A DNA stretch of 64,000 bases from Methylocella sp. (GTDB taxonomy: Bacteria; Pseudomonadota; Alphaproteobacteria; Rhizobiales; Beijerinckiaceae), in NCBI GenBank assembly GCA_037200525.1, contig JBBCGG010000001.1, positions 85,526 to 149,525 on the forward strand, in the 5' to 3' direction. Each line of letters opens with the position of its first letter. The stretch's first letter is position 1. A program made the translations under genes and the position numbers. A model generated the notes under the pieces. That model did no database searches. It had not been told where the DNA came from and worked only from the letters and a program-made list of their open reading frames with translations. Positions 19,843 through 33,150 of this stretch are shown here, piece by piece.

Positions 19843-20027
19843 CCGAAGACCCGCATTTTAGCTTCGTCGTCGCCGCCTATGCGCTCGGCTTTTTGATTGT
19901 CGCGGGAATGGTCTTTACCATCCTGCGCGATTACTTCACCTTAAAAACGGCGCTCTCCCATTTCGCCGACCGGGCAGCGCGGCAAGAGGCCCGCCGCACC
20001 GGGGCGCAGCGCGAAAGCTTGGATTGA
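19839..20027 (+). CDS. ccmD: heme exporter protein CcmD
   Basis: The GTG overlaps the ccmC stop (GTGA). It encodes 62 aa with a single TM segment (FSFVVAAYALGFLIVAGMVFTIL), in the expected position between ccmC and ccmG. Confidence 0.75.
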   Translation: MTEDPHFSFVVAAYALGFLIVAGMVFTILRDYFTLKTALSHFADRAARQEARRTGAQRESLD

Positions 20028-20028
20028 A

Positions 20029-22819
<2,791 letters not shown>

Positions 22820-22863
22820 TTAACCGAGCCATTCTCGTTTTTCTGGGCCTCGCGGGGTGAGCC

Positions 22864-24171
22864 TCATGCCTCTCGCCACAGCCCTTGATGATAGCCAAAC
22901 ACCCGCTCGTAGCGGGCGATTTCGTCTTTCGGACCCAAAAACTTGGCCGGGTTATCCGACAGTTTCACCGCCGGGCGTCCTTCGGCCTCGACAACTTTGC
23001 AGACGAGCGAGGGCGGCGCCAGATCGATATCGGCCCCGTTTGGCGCGCAGCCGGCAAAATCATTGGTGAGATCGGTGCCCCAGCCGATCGAAACCTGGGC
23101 GCGGCCGCGCAGATGACGCACCGAATCCTCGATCGAATCGATCGTCATTCCATCCGAAAGGACGATCAGTTTTGTCTCTGGATCGCGACCGCGCTTTTTC
23201 CACCAGCTGATCAATTCCTCGGCCGCCTCGATGGGCGGCTTGGAATCCGGGCGCGCGCCAGTCCAATCCCCCGCCCAGTCCGGCGCGGCTGCGAGAAACT
23301 GCGCCGTTCCAAACGTATCAGGCAATAGCACCAAGAGATTGCCGTCATAGAGGCGCGCCCAATCCTCCAGCACCTTGAACGGCGCCTCGCGCAGGGCGTT
23401 ATCGTCATTGGCGAGGGCGGCGTAGACCATCGGCAATTCATGCGCATTGGTGCCGATCGCCTCGAGGCCAAGATCCATGGCGTGCTTGACGTTTGAGGTT
23501 CCGATCAGGCTTTCGCCAATTCCTTCTTTGAGGGCTTCGACGCACCAGCGCTGCCACAAAAATCCATGCCGGCGGCGCGTGCCGAAGTCGGACAGCCGCA
23601 GCGGCCCCTCATCGGCCAGCTTCCGCAGCCGCTCCACTTTGCTCCAAAGCTTGGCTTTGGCGCGCGCGTATAAAATATCGAGCTCGAAACGGCCCATTTT
23701 GTACATGGCGGAGCGCGCCCGCAATTCATTCAGAATCGCCAGCGCCGGGACTTCCCACATCGTGGTTTCGCGCCAAAGCCCCTCAAAGCGCAGTTCGAAC
23801 TCGCCGTCTTGCCGGGACAGTTTATAAGGCGGCAAGCGAAAATCGGCGAGATAGGCCAAAAACCCGGGCTCGAAAATCTTGGTCTTGCCGTAAAAGCTGT
23901 TTCCCGCGAGCCAGATCAGCTCATTCTTCTGGAAGCGCAGGCCGCGCGCATAATCGAGCTGAGCGATGAGTTCCTTCTCGTCGATCGAATCCGAAAGCTT
24001 GATGGCGGCGGATCGGTTCTGCAACCGGAAGGTCGCATGAACCTGCGGCTTCAGCTTCCAGATCATCTGCGCCATGAGAAGCTTGTAGAAGTCGGTGTCG
24101 AGCAGGCTGCGCACGATTGGATCGACGCGAAACGAATGATCATGCACGCGGGTGGCGATATCCCTTATCAT
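22864..24171 (-). CDS. pncB: nicotinate phosphoribosyltransferase
   Basis: Full-length PncB-like protein ([13 protein letters not shown]..., FGTRRR). Confidence 0.93.
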   Translation of the reverse strand: MIRDIATRVHDHSFRVDPIVRSLLDTDFYKLLMAQMIWKLKPQVHATFRLQNRSAAIKLSDSIDEKELIAQLDYARGLRFQKNELIWLAGNSFYGKTKIFEPGFLAYLADFRLPPYKLSRQDGEFELRFEGLWRETTMWEVPALAILNELRARSAMYKMGRFELDILYARAKAKLWSKVERLRKLADEGPLRLSDFGTRRRHGFLWQRWCVEALKEGIGESLIGTSNVKHAMDLGLEAIGTNAHELPMVYAALANDDNALREAPFKVLEDWARLYDGNLLVLLPDTFGTAQFLAAAPDWAGDWTGARPDSKPPIEAAEELISWWKKRGRDPETKLIVLSDGMTIDSIEDSVRHLRGRAQVSIGWGTDLTNDFAGCAPNGADIDLAPPSLVCKVVEAEGRPAVKLSDNPAKFLGPKDEIARYERVFGYHQGLWREA

Positions 24172-24199
24172 GCATCGCTCGCTTTTTGCCGCCGGGGCT

Positions 24200-25864
24200 T
24201 CATCGCGCGCCTTGGATCAGGCGGGTCGCGGCGGCGCGCGCTTCATCGGTGATTGTCGCGCCGGCCAGCATGCGGGCGATCTCCTCGCGCCGAGCGTCCT
24301 TGGCGAGAGCGATCACTCGCGTCGCGACCCGGCTGCCCTTTTCGGTGGCGTCCTTGGCGATACGGAAATGGGCTTCGGCCTGCGCTGCGACTTGCGGCGC
24401 ATGGGTGACGGCGAGGACTTGCACGCGCGAGGCGAGCCGCGCCAACCTTTGGCCGATCGCGTCCGCCACGGCGCCGCCCACTCCCGAGTCGATCTCGTCG
24501 AAGACGAGCGTCGGCGCGGAGCCTTGATCGGCGAGAGCCACTTTCAACGCCAGCATGAAACGCGCGAGTTCGCCCCCCGATGCGATCTTCATCAAAGGGC
24601 CAGGCCGCGTTCCGGGATTGGTTTGCACCCAGAATTCGACCTGATCAAAGCCTTCGGGGCCTTCCGCCTCGATTCTGAACTCGGTCGAAAAGCGGGCGCC
24701 TTCGAGTTTGAGCGGCGCAAGTTCGGCGGTCACAGCCTTATCGAGAGACATGGCCGCCGACTTGCGCGCCGACGACAGATGTTTCGCCGCCCTATCGTAA
24801 TCGGCTTTCGCCGTCTCGACCGCGCCAGTCAATTGCAGGAGTTTGGCCTCTCCCGCATCGAGATCGGCGAGGCTGCTCTCGAATGTTTTGGCGAGCGCCG
24901 GCAGGGCGTCGACCGGAACCGCGTATTTGCGGCTGGCGGCGCGCAACGCGAACAGTCTTTCCTCTACCCGCTCCAATTCACGCGGATCGAAATCGGCGTC
25001 GCGCAGCGCCTGTTCGAGCGTCTGCCCAGCAAGATCGAGCGCGGTCAGGGCCGCATCGAGCGCCTGCGCCGCTGGCGCAATCAACAAAGGGGCTTGGACC
25101 TGACGGCGCTCCAGCCGGCGCAACGCCGCCCCCAAGGTCGACAAAGGCGAATGATCGCCGGCGACGCTTTCGAAAACATCGCGCAATTCGCTCGCGACCT
25201 TCTCAGACTGCATCATCAAGGCGCGACTCTCCGCCAGCGCCTCCTCCTCGCCAGGTTCGGGAGCGAGCTTTTCAAGTTCGGCGGAGGCATGACGCAGATA
25301 ATCGGCATCGGCGCGCGCCTTTTCGATCCGCGCCTCTTCCGCGGCGCTCTCCGCCCTCAGTTCGCGCAACCGCGCATGGGCGTTGCGCGTCTTTGAGACC
25401 TCGGCCCCCAAGCCGCCAAAGGCGTCGATCAACTCGCGATGCGTATCGGAATCGATCAGGGCGCGGTCGTCGTGCTGGCCATGAATTTCGACGATTTCGC
25501 GGCCTATGGCGCGCAGCGCCTGGGAGGTGACGCGCTGATCGTTGACGAAGGCGCGGGTGCGGCCATCGGCCAATTGAACGCGCCGCAGGATCAAGCCGCC
25601 GTCGGTTTCGATATCCTGAGCGGTCGCCGCGGCAATCGCCGGATGGTCTGCGGCAAGTTCGAAAACCGCCGTCACCTGTCCCTGCGCCTCGCCCTGGCGG
25701 ACCAAAGCGCCGTCGCCACGGCCGCCCAAGGTCAGGGAAAAAGCGTCGAGCAGAATCGATTTGCCGGCGCCCGTCTCGCCGGTAAGCACCGTGAGGCCGC
25801 CGCCGAGCGCGAGATCAAGCGCATCGATCAAGACGATATTACGGATGGAAAGCTGAACCAGCAC
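24200..25864 (-). CDS. recN: DNA repair protein RecN
   Basis: [13 protein letters not shown]...[11 protein letters not shown] Walker A, coiled-coil middle and C-terminal SGGE/LVFDEID. A GTG at 25864 after GGGAGA fits the usual RecN N-terminus; TTG at 25891 is the alternative. Confidence 0.92.
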   Translation of the reverse strand: MLVQLSIRNIVLIDALDLALGGGLTVLTGETGAGKSILLDAFSLTLGGRGDGALVRQGEAQGQVTAVFELAADHPAIAAATAQDIETDGGLILRRVQLADGRTRAFVNDQRVTSQALRAIGREIVEIHGQHDDRALIDSDTHRELIDAFGGLGAEVSKTRNAHARLRELRAESAAEEARIEKARADADYLRHASAELEKLAPEPGEEEALAESRALMMQSEKVASELRDVFESVAGDHSPLSTLGAALRRLERRQVQAPLLIAPAAQALDAALTALDLAGQTLEQALRDADFDPRELERVEERLFALRAASRKYAVPVDALPALAKTFESSLADLDAGEAKLLQLTGAVETAKADYDRAAKHLSSARKSAAMSLDKAVTAELAPLKLEGARFSTEFRIEAEGPEGFDQVEFWVQTNPGTRPGPLMKIASGGELARFMLALKVALADQGSAPTLVFDEIDSGVGGAVADAIGQRLARLASRVQVLAVTHAPQVAAQAEAHFRIAKDATEKGSRVATRVIALAKDARREEIARMLAGATITDEARAAATRLIQGAR

Positions 25865-25901
25865 CGCGTCGAAGTCTCCCTGCAGCAGCAAGCGAGACCT
25901 T

Positions 25902-25929
25902 ATAAGCTAGCCAAAAATAAGCTAGCCAA
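25902..25929. repeat. perfect 13-bp direct repeat at 15-bp period (ATAAGCTAGCCAA x2)
   Basis: Copies at 25902-25914 and 25917-25929. The second copy contains the bamD stop codon. Confidence 0.9.
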
Positions 25930-26836
25930 GACCCATTTTGTGAAAAGCCTTCGATATCCACGAGCCTTGGTCTTCGTGCGGCTCAAGCCCGTCGCTCTGC
26001 AGGCGCGCATAGGCGTCCTTGTACCAGACCGAATCGGGATAATTGTGCCCGAGGATGGCCGCCGCCGTCTGCGCCTCTTGCGGAATGCCAAGCGCAAGAT
26101 AAGCCTCCGTCAGACGCATCAAAGCTTCCTCGGAATGGCGCGTGGTCTGGTATTTGGCGAGCACTTCGCGGAAGCGGTTAATCGCCGCGGCATAATTGCG
26201 CTGATTGAGATAATAGCGCCCGACCATCATTTCCTTGCCGGCGAGCTGGTCGCGGGCGACCTGAAGCTTGTATTGAGAATCCTCCGCATATTCCGATTTC
26301 GGAAACTTATCGAGGATTTCCTGGAATAGCGCCGCCGCCTTCGCGGACCGGTCCTGATCGCGGCTCACGTCCGGGATTTGATTATAATAGGACATCGCCT
26401 CGAGATAATAAGCGTAGGCGATATCCGGCGAATTCGGGTAAAGGCCGATATATCGCTTCGCCGAACCTATCGCGTCATCGTAACTGGCGTTTTGATACTG
26501 GCTAAAGGTGGTCATCATCAGACCTTTTCTTTGCCATTGCGAATAGGGAAATTGCTTTTCGACTTCGGCGAACTTCTTCGCCGCGCCGTCATAATCCTTA
26601 TTCCTTAGACGAAGAAGGCCCTGATTGTAGAGATCGTCCGCCGGGACATCCGGCGCCACCTCGGTCTTATATTTTTCCCCGCCGAAAAGATTCATGGGAT
26701 TCATCGAAGTCAATGAATTCAAAGAATCACAGGCCCCAGCGGTCATCGCTAAAGCGATCGCAACAGTCATCTTCAACGGCAGTCCGGCCGCGATGCGCGC
26801 GGCGGGTTGTCGCAAGTCGTGTGAGCCATGGGTCAT
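25922..26836 (-). CDS. bamD: outer membrane protein assembly factor BamD
   Basis: Lipoprotein-type signal ending in AGAC, followed by TPR-like repeats typical of BamD/ComL. Confidence 0.9.
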   Translation of the reverse strand: MTHGSHDLRQPAARIAAGLPLKMTVAIALAMTAGACDSLNSLTSMNPMNLFGGEKYKTEVAPDVPADDLYNQGLLRLRNKDYDGAAKKFAEVEKQFPYSQWQRKGLMMTTFSQYQNASYDDAIGSAKRYIGLYPNSPDIAYAYYLEAMSYYNQIPDVSRDQDRSAKAAALFQEILDKFPKSEYAEDSQYKLQVARDQLAGKEMMVGRYYLNQRNYAAAINRFREVLAKYQTTRHSEEALMRLTEAYLALGIPQEAQTAAAILGHNYPDSVWYKDAYARLQSDGLEPHEDQGSWISKAFHKMGLG

Positions 26837-27076
26837 GCGGTTTGCTCGATCATCGCCTTGGAAAGGTCATTTGACCGCATTGCTAAAGCAATCATCGCCA
26901 ATGCGCCAGCATCGGTTTGGGTGGACAGAACGGCATTAATGTGGCGATGAGGCGTTCAGCCTCATTCCTTCGTTCATTTTTAGCGCCCCATCGGCTTCTA
27001 GCGGCCAAGCACCAGCTGGACCGACCCGGCGTGGGGTCGAACCGGTCCAGGGAATTCCGCCGCTCTCGATGAGGCT

Positions 27077-28801
27077 TCAGCTTGATTGACGGCGCAGGAA
27101 CGCCGGAATCTCGAGTTGATCCTCTTCGTTGGAGCGGGATTGATACGCAGCCCTACCGTGCTGATCGAGCGGCTGTTGCGGCGCGCGCGCCAGCTGCTGC
27201 TGCTGCGGACGTTTGCCATATTCGGCGTGAACCGGATTTGGCTGCTGCGGGCGCTGCAGCGCCGGCGCCGGCGGATGCTTCATCTGCGGGGCGGCCGGGC
27301 GCTCATGGTGCGAAGGGACGCCCTCATCCTGCCGGCTCGTGCCGAAAGAGGCGAGACGCTCAAGCAACGAGCGGCGCTTTGCTTCCGGATGCGGCTGCGC
27401 CGGGACTTCGCCGCGCTGAGCGCGGATCTGATTCTGGGCCGGCAGGGGCAGATCGTCGATCTGAGGCATTCTCTGCTGCCGCACGACCGGCGACTCGGGC
27501 GCGCCCGGGACGAATGGACCCGGCTCAAAATGGTCGTTCGCGCGGGCATGCTGCTGCACAGGCTCGAGATAGCGCTGCGGCTGCGGCGATGCCTCTTGAA
27601 TGTAGACGCCTTGTTGCGAGGTCGGGGCCGCGGGCGCGAATTGCTGCGGAGCCGGAGTCTGAGGAGCGCGCTCCTCATAGACTTGTCGGGCGGGGGCGGC
27701 GTAGGGCTCCGGCGCGGCGCTGGGATAGGTTTGCTGCGAGATCGTCTCAATCGGACGCGCAGCGGTTTGCGCCCGCAAGCGATTGGCGACCTCGGTGATG
27801 CGGGTTTCGGCGGCCGTCGGCTCCTGCGCTCCAATCGGATGATCGATGCCCGTCGCGACGACCGATACCCTGACGATCCCGTCAAGGCTCGAATCGAAGG
27901 TCGCGCCGAGAATGATATTGGCGTCCTCGTCAACCTCCTGGCGAATGCGGCCCGCCGCCTCGTCGACTTCATAGAGGGTAAGATCGTTGCCGCCGGTGAT
28001 CGAGATGAGCAGGCCCCGCGCGCCTTTCATCGAGACCTCATCCAGCAGCGGATTGGCGATGGCGGCCTCGGCGGCGAGAATCGCGCGCCTGTCGCCCGAA
28101 GCCTCGCCGGTGCCCATCATGGCTTTGCCCATCTCGCGCATGATGGCGCGGACGTCGGCGAAGTCGAGATTGATCAGGCCTTCCTTGACCATCAGATCGG
28201 TGATGCAGGCGACGCCCGAATAGAGCACCTGATCAGCCATGGCGAACGCATCGGCGAAGGTGGTTTTCTCGGTCGCGATGCGGAACAGATTCTGGTTCGG
28301 GATGATGATCAGCGTGTCGACCGCTTTTTGCAGTTCGCCGATGCCCGATTCGGCGACGCGCATCCGCCGCGAGCCTTCAAACTGGAACGGCTTGGTGACG
28401 ACGCCAACCGTCAAAATTCCCATCTCCCGCGCGGCCCGCGCGATGACGGGCGCTGCGCCGGTGCCGGTGCCGCCGCCCATGCCGGCGGTGACGAACACCA
28501 TATGCGCGCCGGTGAGATGGTCGCGGATTTCCTCGATCGCCTCTTCAGCCGCCGCGCGCCCGACTTCGGGATAGGATCCCGCGCCAAGGCCCTCAGTCAC
28601 CTGAAGGCCCATCTGGATGATGCGCTCAGCTTTCGATGAGGTGAGAGCTTGGGCGTCGGTATTCGCGACGATGAAGTCGACCCCGATCAGTCCCGATACT
28701 ATCATGTTGTTGACGGCGTTGCCGCCCGCTCCACCGACGCCGCACACCATGATACGCGGCTTCAGTTCCCGGAGCTCCGGGGCTTTGAGATTGATCGTCA
28801 T
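27077..28801 (-). CDS. ftsZ: cell division protein FtsZ (long Pro/Gln-rich linker form)
   Basis: [13 protein letters not shown] and [11 protein letters not shown] tubulin signatures, and the C-terminal peptide [12 protein letters not shown]. The ATG at 28801 ([10 protein letters not shown]) follows GAGAGG. Confidence 0.95.
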   Translation of the reverse strand: MTINLKAPELRELKPRIMVCGVGGAGGNAVNNMIVSGLIGVDFIVANTDAQALTSSKAERIIQMGLQVTEGLGAGSYPEVGRAAAEEAIEEIRDHLTGAHMVFVTAGMGGGTGTGAAPVIARAAREMGILTVGVVTKPFQFEGSRRMRVAESGIGELQKAVDTLIIIPNQNLFRIATEKTTFADAFAMADQVLYSGVACITDLMVKEGLINLDFADVRAIMREMGKAMMGTGEASGDRRAILAAEAAIANPLLDEVSMKGARGLLISITGGNDLTLYEVDEAAGRIRQEVDEDANIILGATFDSSLDGIVRVSVVATGIDHPIGAQEPTAAETRITEVANRLRAQTAARPIETISQQTYPSAAPEPYAAPARQVYEERAPQTPAPQQFAPAAPTSQQGVYIQEASPQPQRYLEPVQQHARANDHFEPGPFVPGAPESPVVRQQRMPQIDDLPLPAQNQIRAQRGEVPAQPHPEAKRRSLLERLASFGTSRQDEGVPSHHERPAAPQMKHPPAPALQRPQQPNPVHAEYGKRPQQQQLARAPQQPLDQHGRAAYQSRSNEEDQLEIPAFLRRQSS

Positions 28802-28912
28802 CGTCTGGCCTCTCGACGTTGGAGCGCCGGTAAGGGTCGCCCAGGTTTGCTTCATTGCTTATTTTGACGAAGTCGAAGAGGCCGCCACCTCCTTTTCCTC
28901 GTCGGATAATTC

Positions 28913-30226
28913 TTAAAAACTGCTCTTTAGCCATCGGCCAACCCGGCCGATGTATCCGTCCGCCTCCAGGTCCTGCGCCTGTGTTCTGCGCGAGGGCCGG
29001 AAATGTTCATTGCCGCTTACCTGCGGGTAGACGAGGAGCCCAACCGCCGCAGAGAAGGCAGGGCTCTTCGCCGATTCGGGAAGCCCCTGAACGCCGAGCG
29101 GCCTGCCGGTGCGAACCTGCCCTGAGATGATTCGCTTGGCCGCCTCGGGCAACCCGGTGAGCTGGCTCGCGCCTCCGGTGAGGACGATCCGGCGTCCTGC
29201 ATGAGCCGGAAAGCCCGCGCGCTTCAACCGATCGCGCACCAGTTCAAGGATTTCCTCTGCGCGCGGTCTGATGATCGCGATCAGATTGGCCTTGGGCAGA
29301 TGCGCCGGATGCTCGCCGTCCTCGCCGACCTGGACGACTGCGATCGTTTCGCGTTCGTCCGAGGCCGTCGGCAGACAGGCGCCGTAAAGAGTCTTCAGCC
29401 GTTCGGCATCGGCGAGCCTTATGCTCAGACCGCGTGCGATATCCGTCGTGACATGATTGCCGCCAACGGCGAAAGCATCGACATATGTCAGATTGCCGCC
29501 CGAGAAGACGCTGACGGAAGTCGTGCCTGCGCCCATGTCGATCAAGGCGGCGCCAAGTTCGGCTTCGTCATCGGCGAGCGTCGACAGGCCCGCCGCGTAA
29601 GGCGTCGCAACCATGGCGTCGACCGTCAAATGGCAACGCTCCACAGCCAGCATCAGGTTCCGCGCGGCTGCCGCATCGCAGCTCAAGACATGCATATCGG
29701 CGCCGAGCTCCTCGCCGATCATGCCCTTTGGATCCTCGATGTGGCGGGTTTGCCCGAGCGAAAAGCCGATCGGCAAGGAATGTAGAACCGCACGGCCATC
29801 GCGGCCGCCGCGCGCCGTGCAGGCCTCAAGCACGCGGTGCACATCGGCCTGCGTCACCGCCCGGCCGGCAATCGCGACTTTGGCGTCAAATAGCTGCGAG
29901 CCGAGCCGACCCCCTGTCGCGTTGATGATGACGCTTTCGACCTCAACGCCCGCCATCCTCTCAGCCGCATCAACGGCGAGCCGGATCGCGTCTTCAACCG
30001 CGTCCATATCGATCACGGTCCCGCCTTTGATCCCACGCGAGCGCTGATGCCCGATGCCGAGAATGCGGCAGCGATGCGTGCGCCCGCGCAAAGATTCGGA
30101 CGGCCCGGTCGGATTGAGCCGCGCGATCAGACAGACGATCTTCGAGGTTCCAATGTCGAGCACCGATAGAATGGCGCTCTTGCGTTCCGACAAGGGTCGC
30201 AAACGCGGCGGCAGCATCGAATTCAT
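28913..30226 (-). CDS. ftsA: cell division protein FtsA
   Basis: Actin-like ATPase motifs (LDIGTSKIVC, IDMGAGTTS). Confidence 0.95.
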   Translation of the reverse strand: MNSMLPPRLRPLSERKSAILSVLDIGTSKIVCLIARLNPTGPSESLRGRTHRCRILGIGHQRSRGIKGGTVIDMDAVEDAIRLAVDAAERMAGVEVESVIINATGGRLGSQLFDAKVAIAGRAVTQADVHRVLEACTARGGRDGRAVLHSLPIGFSLGQTRHIEDPKGMIGEELGADMHVLSCDAAAARNLMLAVERCHLTVDAMVATPYAAGLSTLADDEAELGAALIDMGAGTTSVSVFSGGNLTYVDAFAVGGNHVTTDIARGLSIRLADAERLKTLYGACLPTASDERETIAVVQVGEDGEHPAHLPKANLIAIIRPRAEEILELVRDRLKRAGFPAHAGRRIVLTGGASQLTGLPEAAKRIISGQVRTGRPLGVQGLPESAKSPAFSAAVGLLVYPQVSGNEHFRPSRRTQAQDLEADGYIGRVGRWLKSSF

Positions 30227-31209
30227 GTCTGACCGCCTTTCGACTTCGGCTTGTGGGCGATCATTTCCGCGCGCGCGGCGGCGGCCTCTTCGGTCAGCCG
30301 CGCCACCATGCGGCCCGGCTGACGCAAATCGATCGACAGAATGTCTTTGTCGAGAACGTGCGACTCGCGTTGGAGCTTGACGAGGCTCGCAACGGCGGCT
30401 TCAGGATCGATCTCGGGCAGGAGAATGTCGATCCCGTCGGTTGTTTTCAGATCCCAGCGCCGCCCGGCGACGAGAACGCCAGCTCGGATCCGGTCACGCA
30501 AATCGCCTGTCGCATCAAGAAGCGCAAGATATTCGCCAAGCCTCGCATTGGCGCCGGGGCCAACGACGAACGGCAGATGCATGGAGCGCTGGTCGCGCAT
30601 CGCATCGAGGCGCATGCCGTCGGCGGCGACGATGTTCACCTGGCCGTCGTCCTGCCACAAAGCGGCGGGCTGACGCTCCTCGACCTCAATCATAAGCCGA
30701 TCCGGGTAGAGTTTCGTGATGCTCGCGTCTTTGACGAGCGGAAGCTTTTGCAGCCGCTCGCGAACTTTTGCGACATCGAGGAACGGCAGCGAATTGCGCG
30801 GACTGATGCCGGCCGCGGCGAGCACGTCGGCTTCGTCGAGTTCGCTCTGACCCGTGATCGTCACCGCTTTGATGTCGAAACCGAAGGCTTTGGCGAGAAT
30901 ATCCGAAGGATCGCCTTCTGCGGCGATGAAAGCGTCATAGTGACCGCCCTTCACGACGCCATATGCGGCTGTCGAAACAAATAGCGCAGCGACGAAAAAA
31001 TAGGTGGCTCCTGGGCCGCTCAAGGGCGTGAGAAAGCGATGACGCAGGCCGAGCTTGCGCCGCCGCGCGCGCGGCCTTGCTGCGAGGCGCGAGGCCTCCG
31101 GCTCCCGAACAATCAACGCGCCGCCCGCACCCGCATAAGCCAATGTCCGCGGCGCAAATCCAATCTCCGTCTCTCTCAACGATCGCAGGAGGCGTCTTGG
31201 ACCATCCAT
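30223..31209 (-). CDS. ftsQ: cell division protein FtsQ
   Basis: Single TM segment followed by POTRA/FtsQ domain features, positioned between ddl and ftsA. Confidence 0.85.
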   Translation of the reverse strand: MDGPRRLLRSLRETEIGFAPRTLAYAGAGGALIVREPEASRLAARPRARRRKLGLRHRFLTPLSGPGATYFFVAALFVSTAAYGVVKGGHYDAFIAAEGDPSDILAKAFGFDIKAVTITGQSELDEADVLAAAGISPRNSLPFLDVAKVRERLQKLPLVKDASITKLYPDRLMIEVEERQPAALWQDDGQVNIVAADGMRLDAMRDQRSMHLPFVVGPGANARLGEYLALLDATGDLRDRIRAGVLVAGRRWDLKTTDGIDILLPEIDPEAAVASLVKLQRESHVLDKDILSIDLRQPGRMVARLTEEAAAARAEMIAHKPKSKGGQT

Positions 31210-32099
31210 CGAACTAGCTCACCAAACGTCAGGCCGGCAAAGGCGGCGATTTCAGGCACGAGCGACGTCTCGGTCATTCCGGGTTGGCTATTGACCTCCA
31301 GCACGACGAGTTCCCCGGTACCCCCGGGAGAATCGTCGAAACGGAAGTCGGTCCGGCTTACCCCACGACAGCCGAGCGCTCTGTGCGCCATAAGTGCTAA
31401 CTCTTGTACATTTTGGTAAACAAACTCTTTAAGATTTGCCGGAAGGATGTGGATGGACCCTCCCTTGGCGTATTTTGCGTCATAATCGTACCACCCGCCA
31501 TCGGCTGCGCGGATCTCGATCACGTCATAGGCTTTGTCGCCGATGACGGCGCAGGTGAGTTCGCGCCCGGCGACAAATCGCTCGACCAGAACCATCTCGC
31601 CAAAGGGCCAATCCGCCCGCGTCAGCTCCTGCGGCGGATGGGCTTGATCAGCGCGGACAATGATCACGCCGAAGGAGGAGCCCTCGCTGATCGGCTTCAC
31701 CACATAGGGCGGCGGCAAGACATGGCGCTTAGCCGCCTCGAGCCGATCGACCGTGCGGCCGGTCGCGACCGGAACCCCCGCCGCCTGCAACACATCCTTT
31801 GCGCGATCCTTCCGCATGGCGAGGGCGGAGGCCAGCACGCCGGAATGGGTGTAAGGAATTTGCAACATTTCTAGGATGCCCTGGATGATTCCATCCTCGC
31901 CAAATCGCCCGTGCAGAGCATTGAACGCGACGTCCGGCCGCAAGGCGGCCAAAGTTTCGCCAATCCGCCGATCGACGTCGAGGCGCGTGACGCGAAAGCC
32001 TTCGGCCTCAAGAGCGAGGGTGCAAGCCTCCCCCGAGCGCAGCGAAACCTCGCGCTCGGCCGAAAATCCGCCCATCAACACGGCGACGTGCTTTGTCAT
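31176..32099 (-). CDS. ddl: D-alanine--D-alanine ligase
   Basis: MTKHVAVLMGGFSAEREVSL start and an ATP-grasp domain. The longer ORF to 32201 is an upstream extension. Confidence 0.93.
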   Translation of the reverse strand: MTKHVAVLMGGFSAEREVSLRSGEACTLALEAEGFRVTRLDVDRRIGETLAALRPDVAFNALHGRFGEDGIIQGILEMLQIPYTHSGVLASALAMRKDRAKDVLQAAGVPVATGRTVDRLEAAKRHVLPPPYVVKPISEGSSFGVIIVRADQAHPPQELTRADWPFGEMVLVERFVAGRELTCAVIGDKAYDVIEIRAADGGWYDYDAKYAKGGSIHILPANLKEFVYQNVQELALMAHRALGCRGVSRTDFRFDDSPGGTGELVVLEVNSQPGMTETSLVPEIAAFAGLTFGELVRWMVQDASCDR

Positions 32100-32184
32100 A
32101 TTAAAGGTCCAATTCGTTCTAGCAGTTTCCCGTATTTGGGCGGCCGGTTTATGAGGGTTTCGGATTACCCGACCGAAAGCAAGC

Positions 32185-33102
32185 TCACTCGGCCGCCCCA
32201 ACCCGCAAAATCTCCCATTCGAGCGCGACGCCGCTTTTCTCCAGCACCCGATCGCGAACCAATTCGCCGAGAGCTTCGAGATCGGCGGCCCGGGCGCCGC
32301 CGCGATTGATCAGAAAATTGCAATGCAATTCCGAAACCTGCGCGTCGCCGACGGCGAGTCCGCGGCAGCCCGCCACATCAATCAATTCCCACGCTTTCTG
32401 GCCGGGCGGGTTTTTGAATGTCGAGCCGCCGGTGCGCGTGTTGACCGGCTGCGTCTTTGCGCGCTGCTGGGATATTTCCGCCATCTCCGCCAGAATCGCA
32501 TCGGGATCGCCGGCGACGCCCGCAAAAACGGCATGGGTAAAGATGACGTCGTCCTTGACGCCGCAATGGCGATAGGAAAATCCCATGTCAGCGTTGGAGA
32601 ATTCGAGAATCCGGCCGGTCCGGTCGACGCCGCGGCAAGAGACGAGGCAATCCTTCACCTCGGCGCCATAGGCCCCGGCGTTCATGCGCAGCGCGCCGCC
32701 GACGCTGCCCGGTATGCCGCGCAGAAACGATAAGCCGGCGATCCCCGCTTTGGCGGCGGCCAAGGCCAGCTTCACATCCCGCGCGCCGGCGCCGGCCGCA
32801 ATCGAGGAGCCTTCAATGGCCATCGTCTCGAAAGCGCGGCCAAGCCGGATCACGATCCCGGCGACGCCGCCGTCGCGGATGAGCAGGTTTGAACCGAGCC
32901 CCAGGGTCAGAATTTTTTGAGCGGGATCGAGACGCCGCAAAAAATAGGCGAGATCGTTTTCGTCTGCGGGCTCGAAGAGAATCTGCGCAGAGCCGCCCGT
33001 CCGGAACCAAGTGAACCCCGCCAACGGAGCATGAGCCGTCAGCGTCCCTCGCAGATCGGGCATTTTTTCGCGCAGAGCCGGAGCGATGTCGGGAAAGGAC
33101 AC
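32185..33102 (-). CDS. murB: UDP-N-acetylenolpyruvoylglucosamine reductase
   Basis: FAD-binding FRTGG motif and GGSTFKNP motif. Confidence 0.93.
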   Translation of the reverse strand: MSFPDIAPALREKMPDLRGTLTAHAPLAGFTWFRTGGSAQILFEPADENDLAYFLRRLDPAQKILTLGLGSNLLIRDGGVAGIVIRLGRAFETMAIEGSSIAAGAGARDVKLALAAAKAGIAGLSFLRGIPGSVGGALRMNAGAYGAEVKDCLVSCRGVDRTGRILEFSNADMGFSYRHCGVKDDVIFTHAVFAGVAGDPDAILAEMAEISQQRAKTQPVNTRTGGSTFKNPPGQKAWELIDVAGCRGLAVGDAQVSELHCNFLINRGGARAADLEALGELVRDRVLEKSGVALEWEILRVGAAE

Positions 33103-33150
33103 GGGGCGCAGCCTTCCCGCATCAGCGGCAAGAGAACAGAAGATCTGGAC

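Noticed and set aside
25865-25921. Search for an alphaproteobacterial LexA box (GTTC-N7-GTTC / GAAC-N7-GAAC) upstream of recN
   Set aside because: No such direct repeat is present in the 57-bp gap. The only repeat there has a different sequence and a 15-bp period, and is reported separately.
27280-27972. Pro/Gln/Ala-rich low-complexity stretch considered as a separate repeat protein or insertion
   Set aside because: It is the intrinsically disordered C-terminal linker of FtsZ, which is typically very long in alphaproteobacteria. The frame is continuous and ends with the conserved EIPAFLRRQ peptide.
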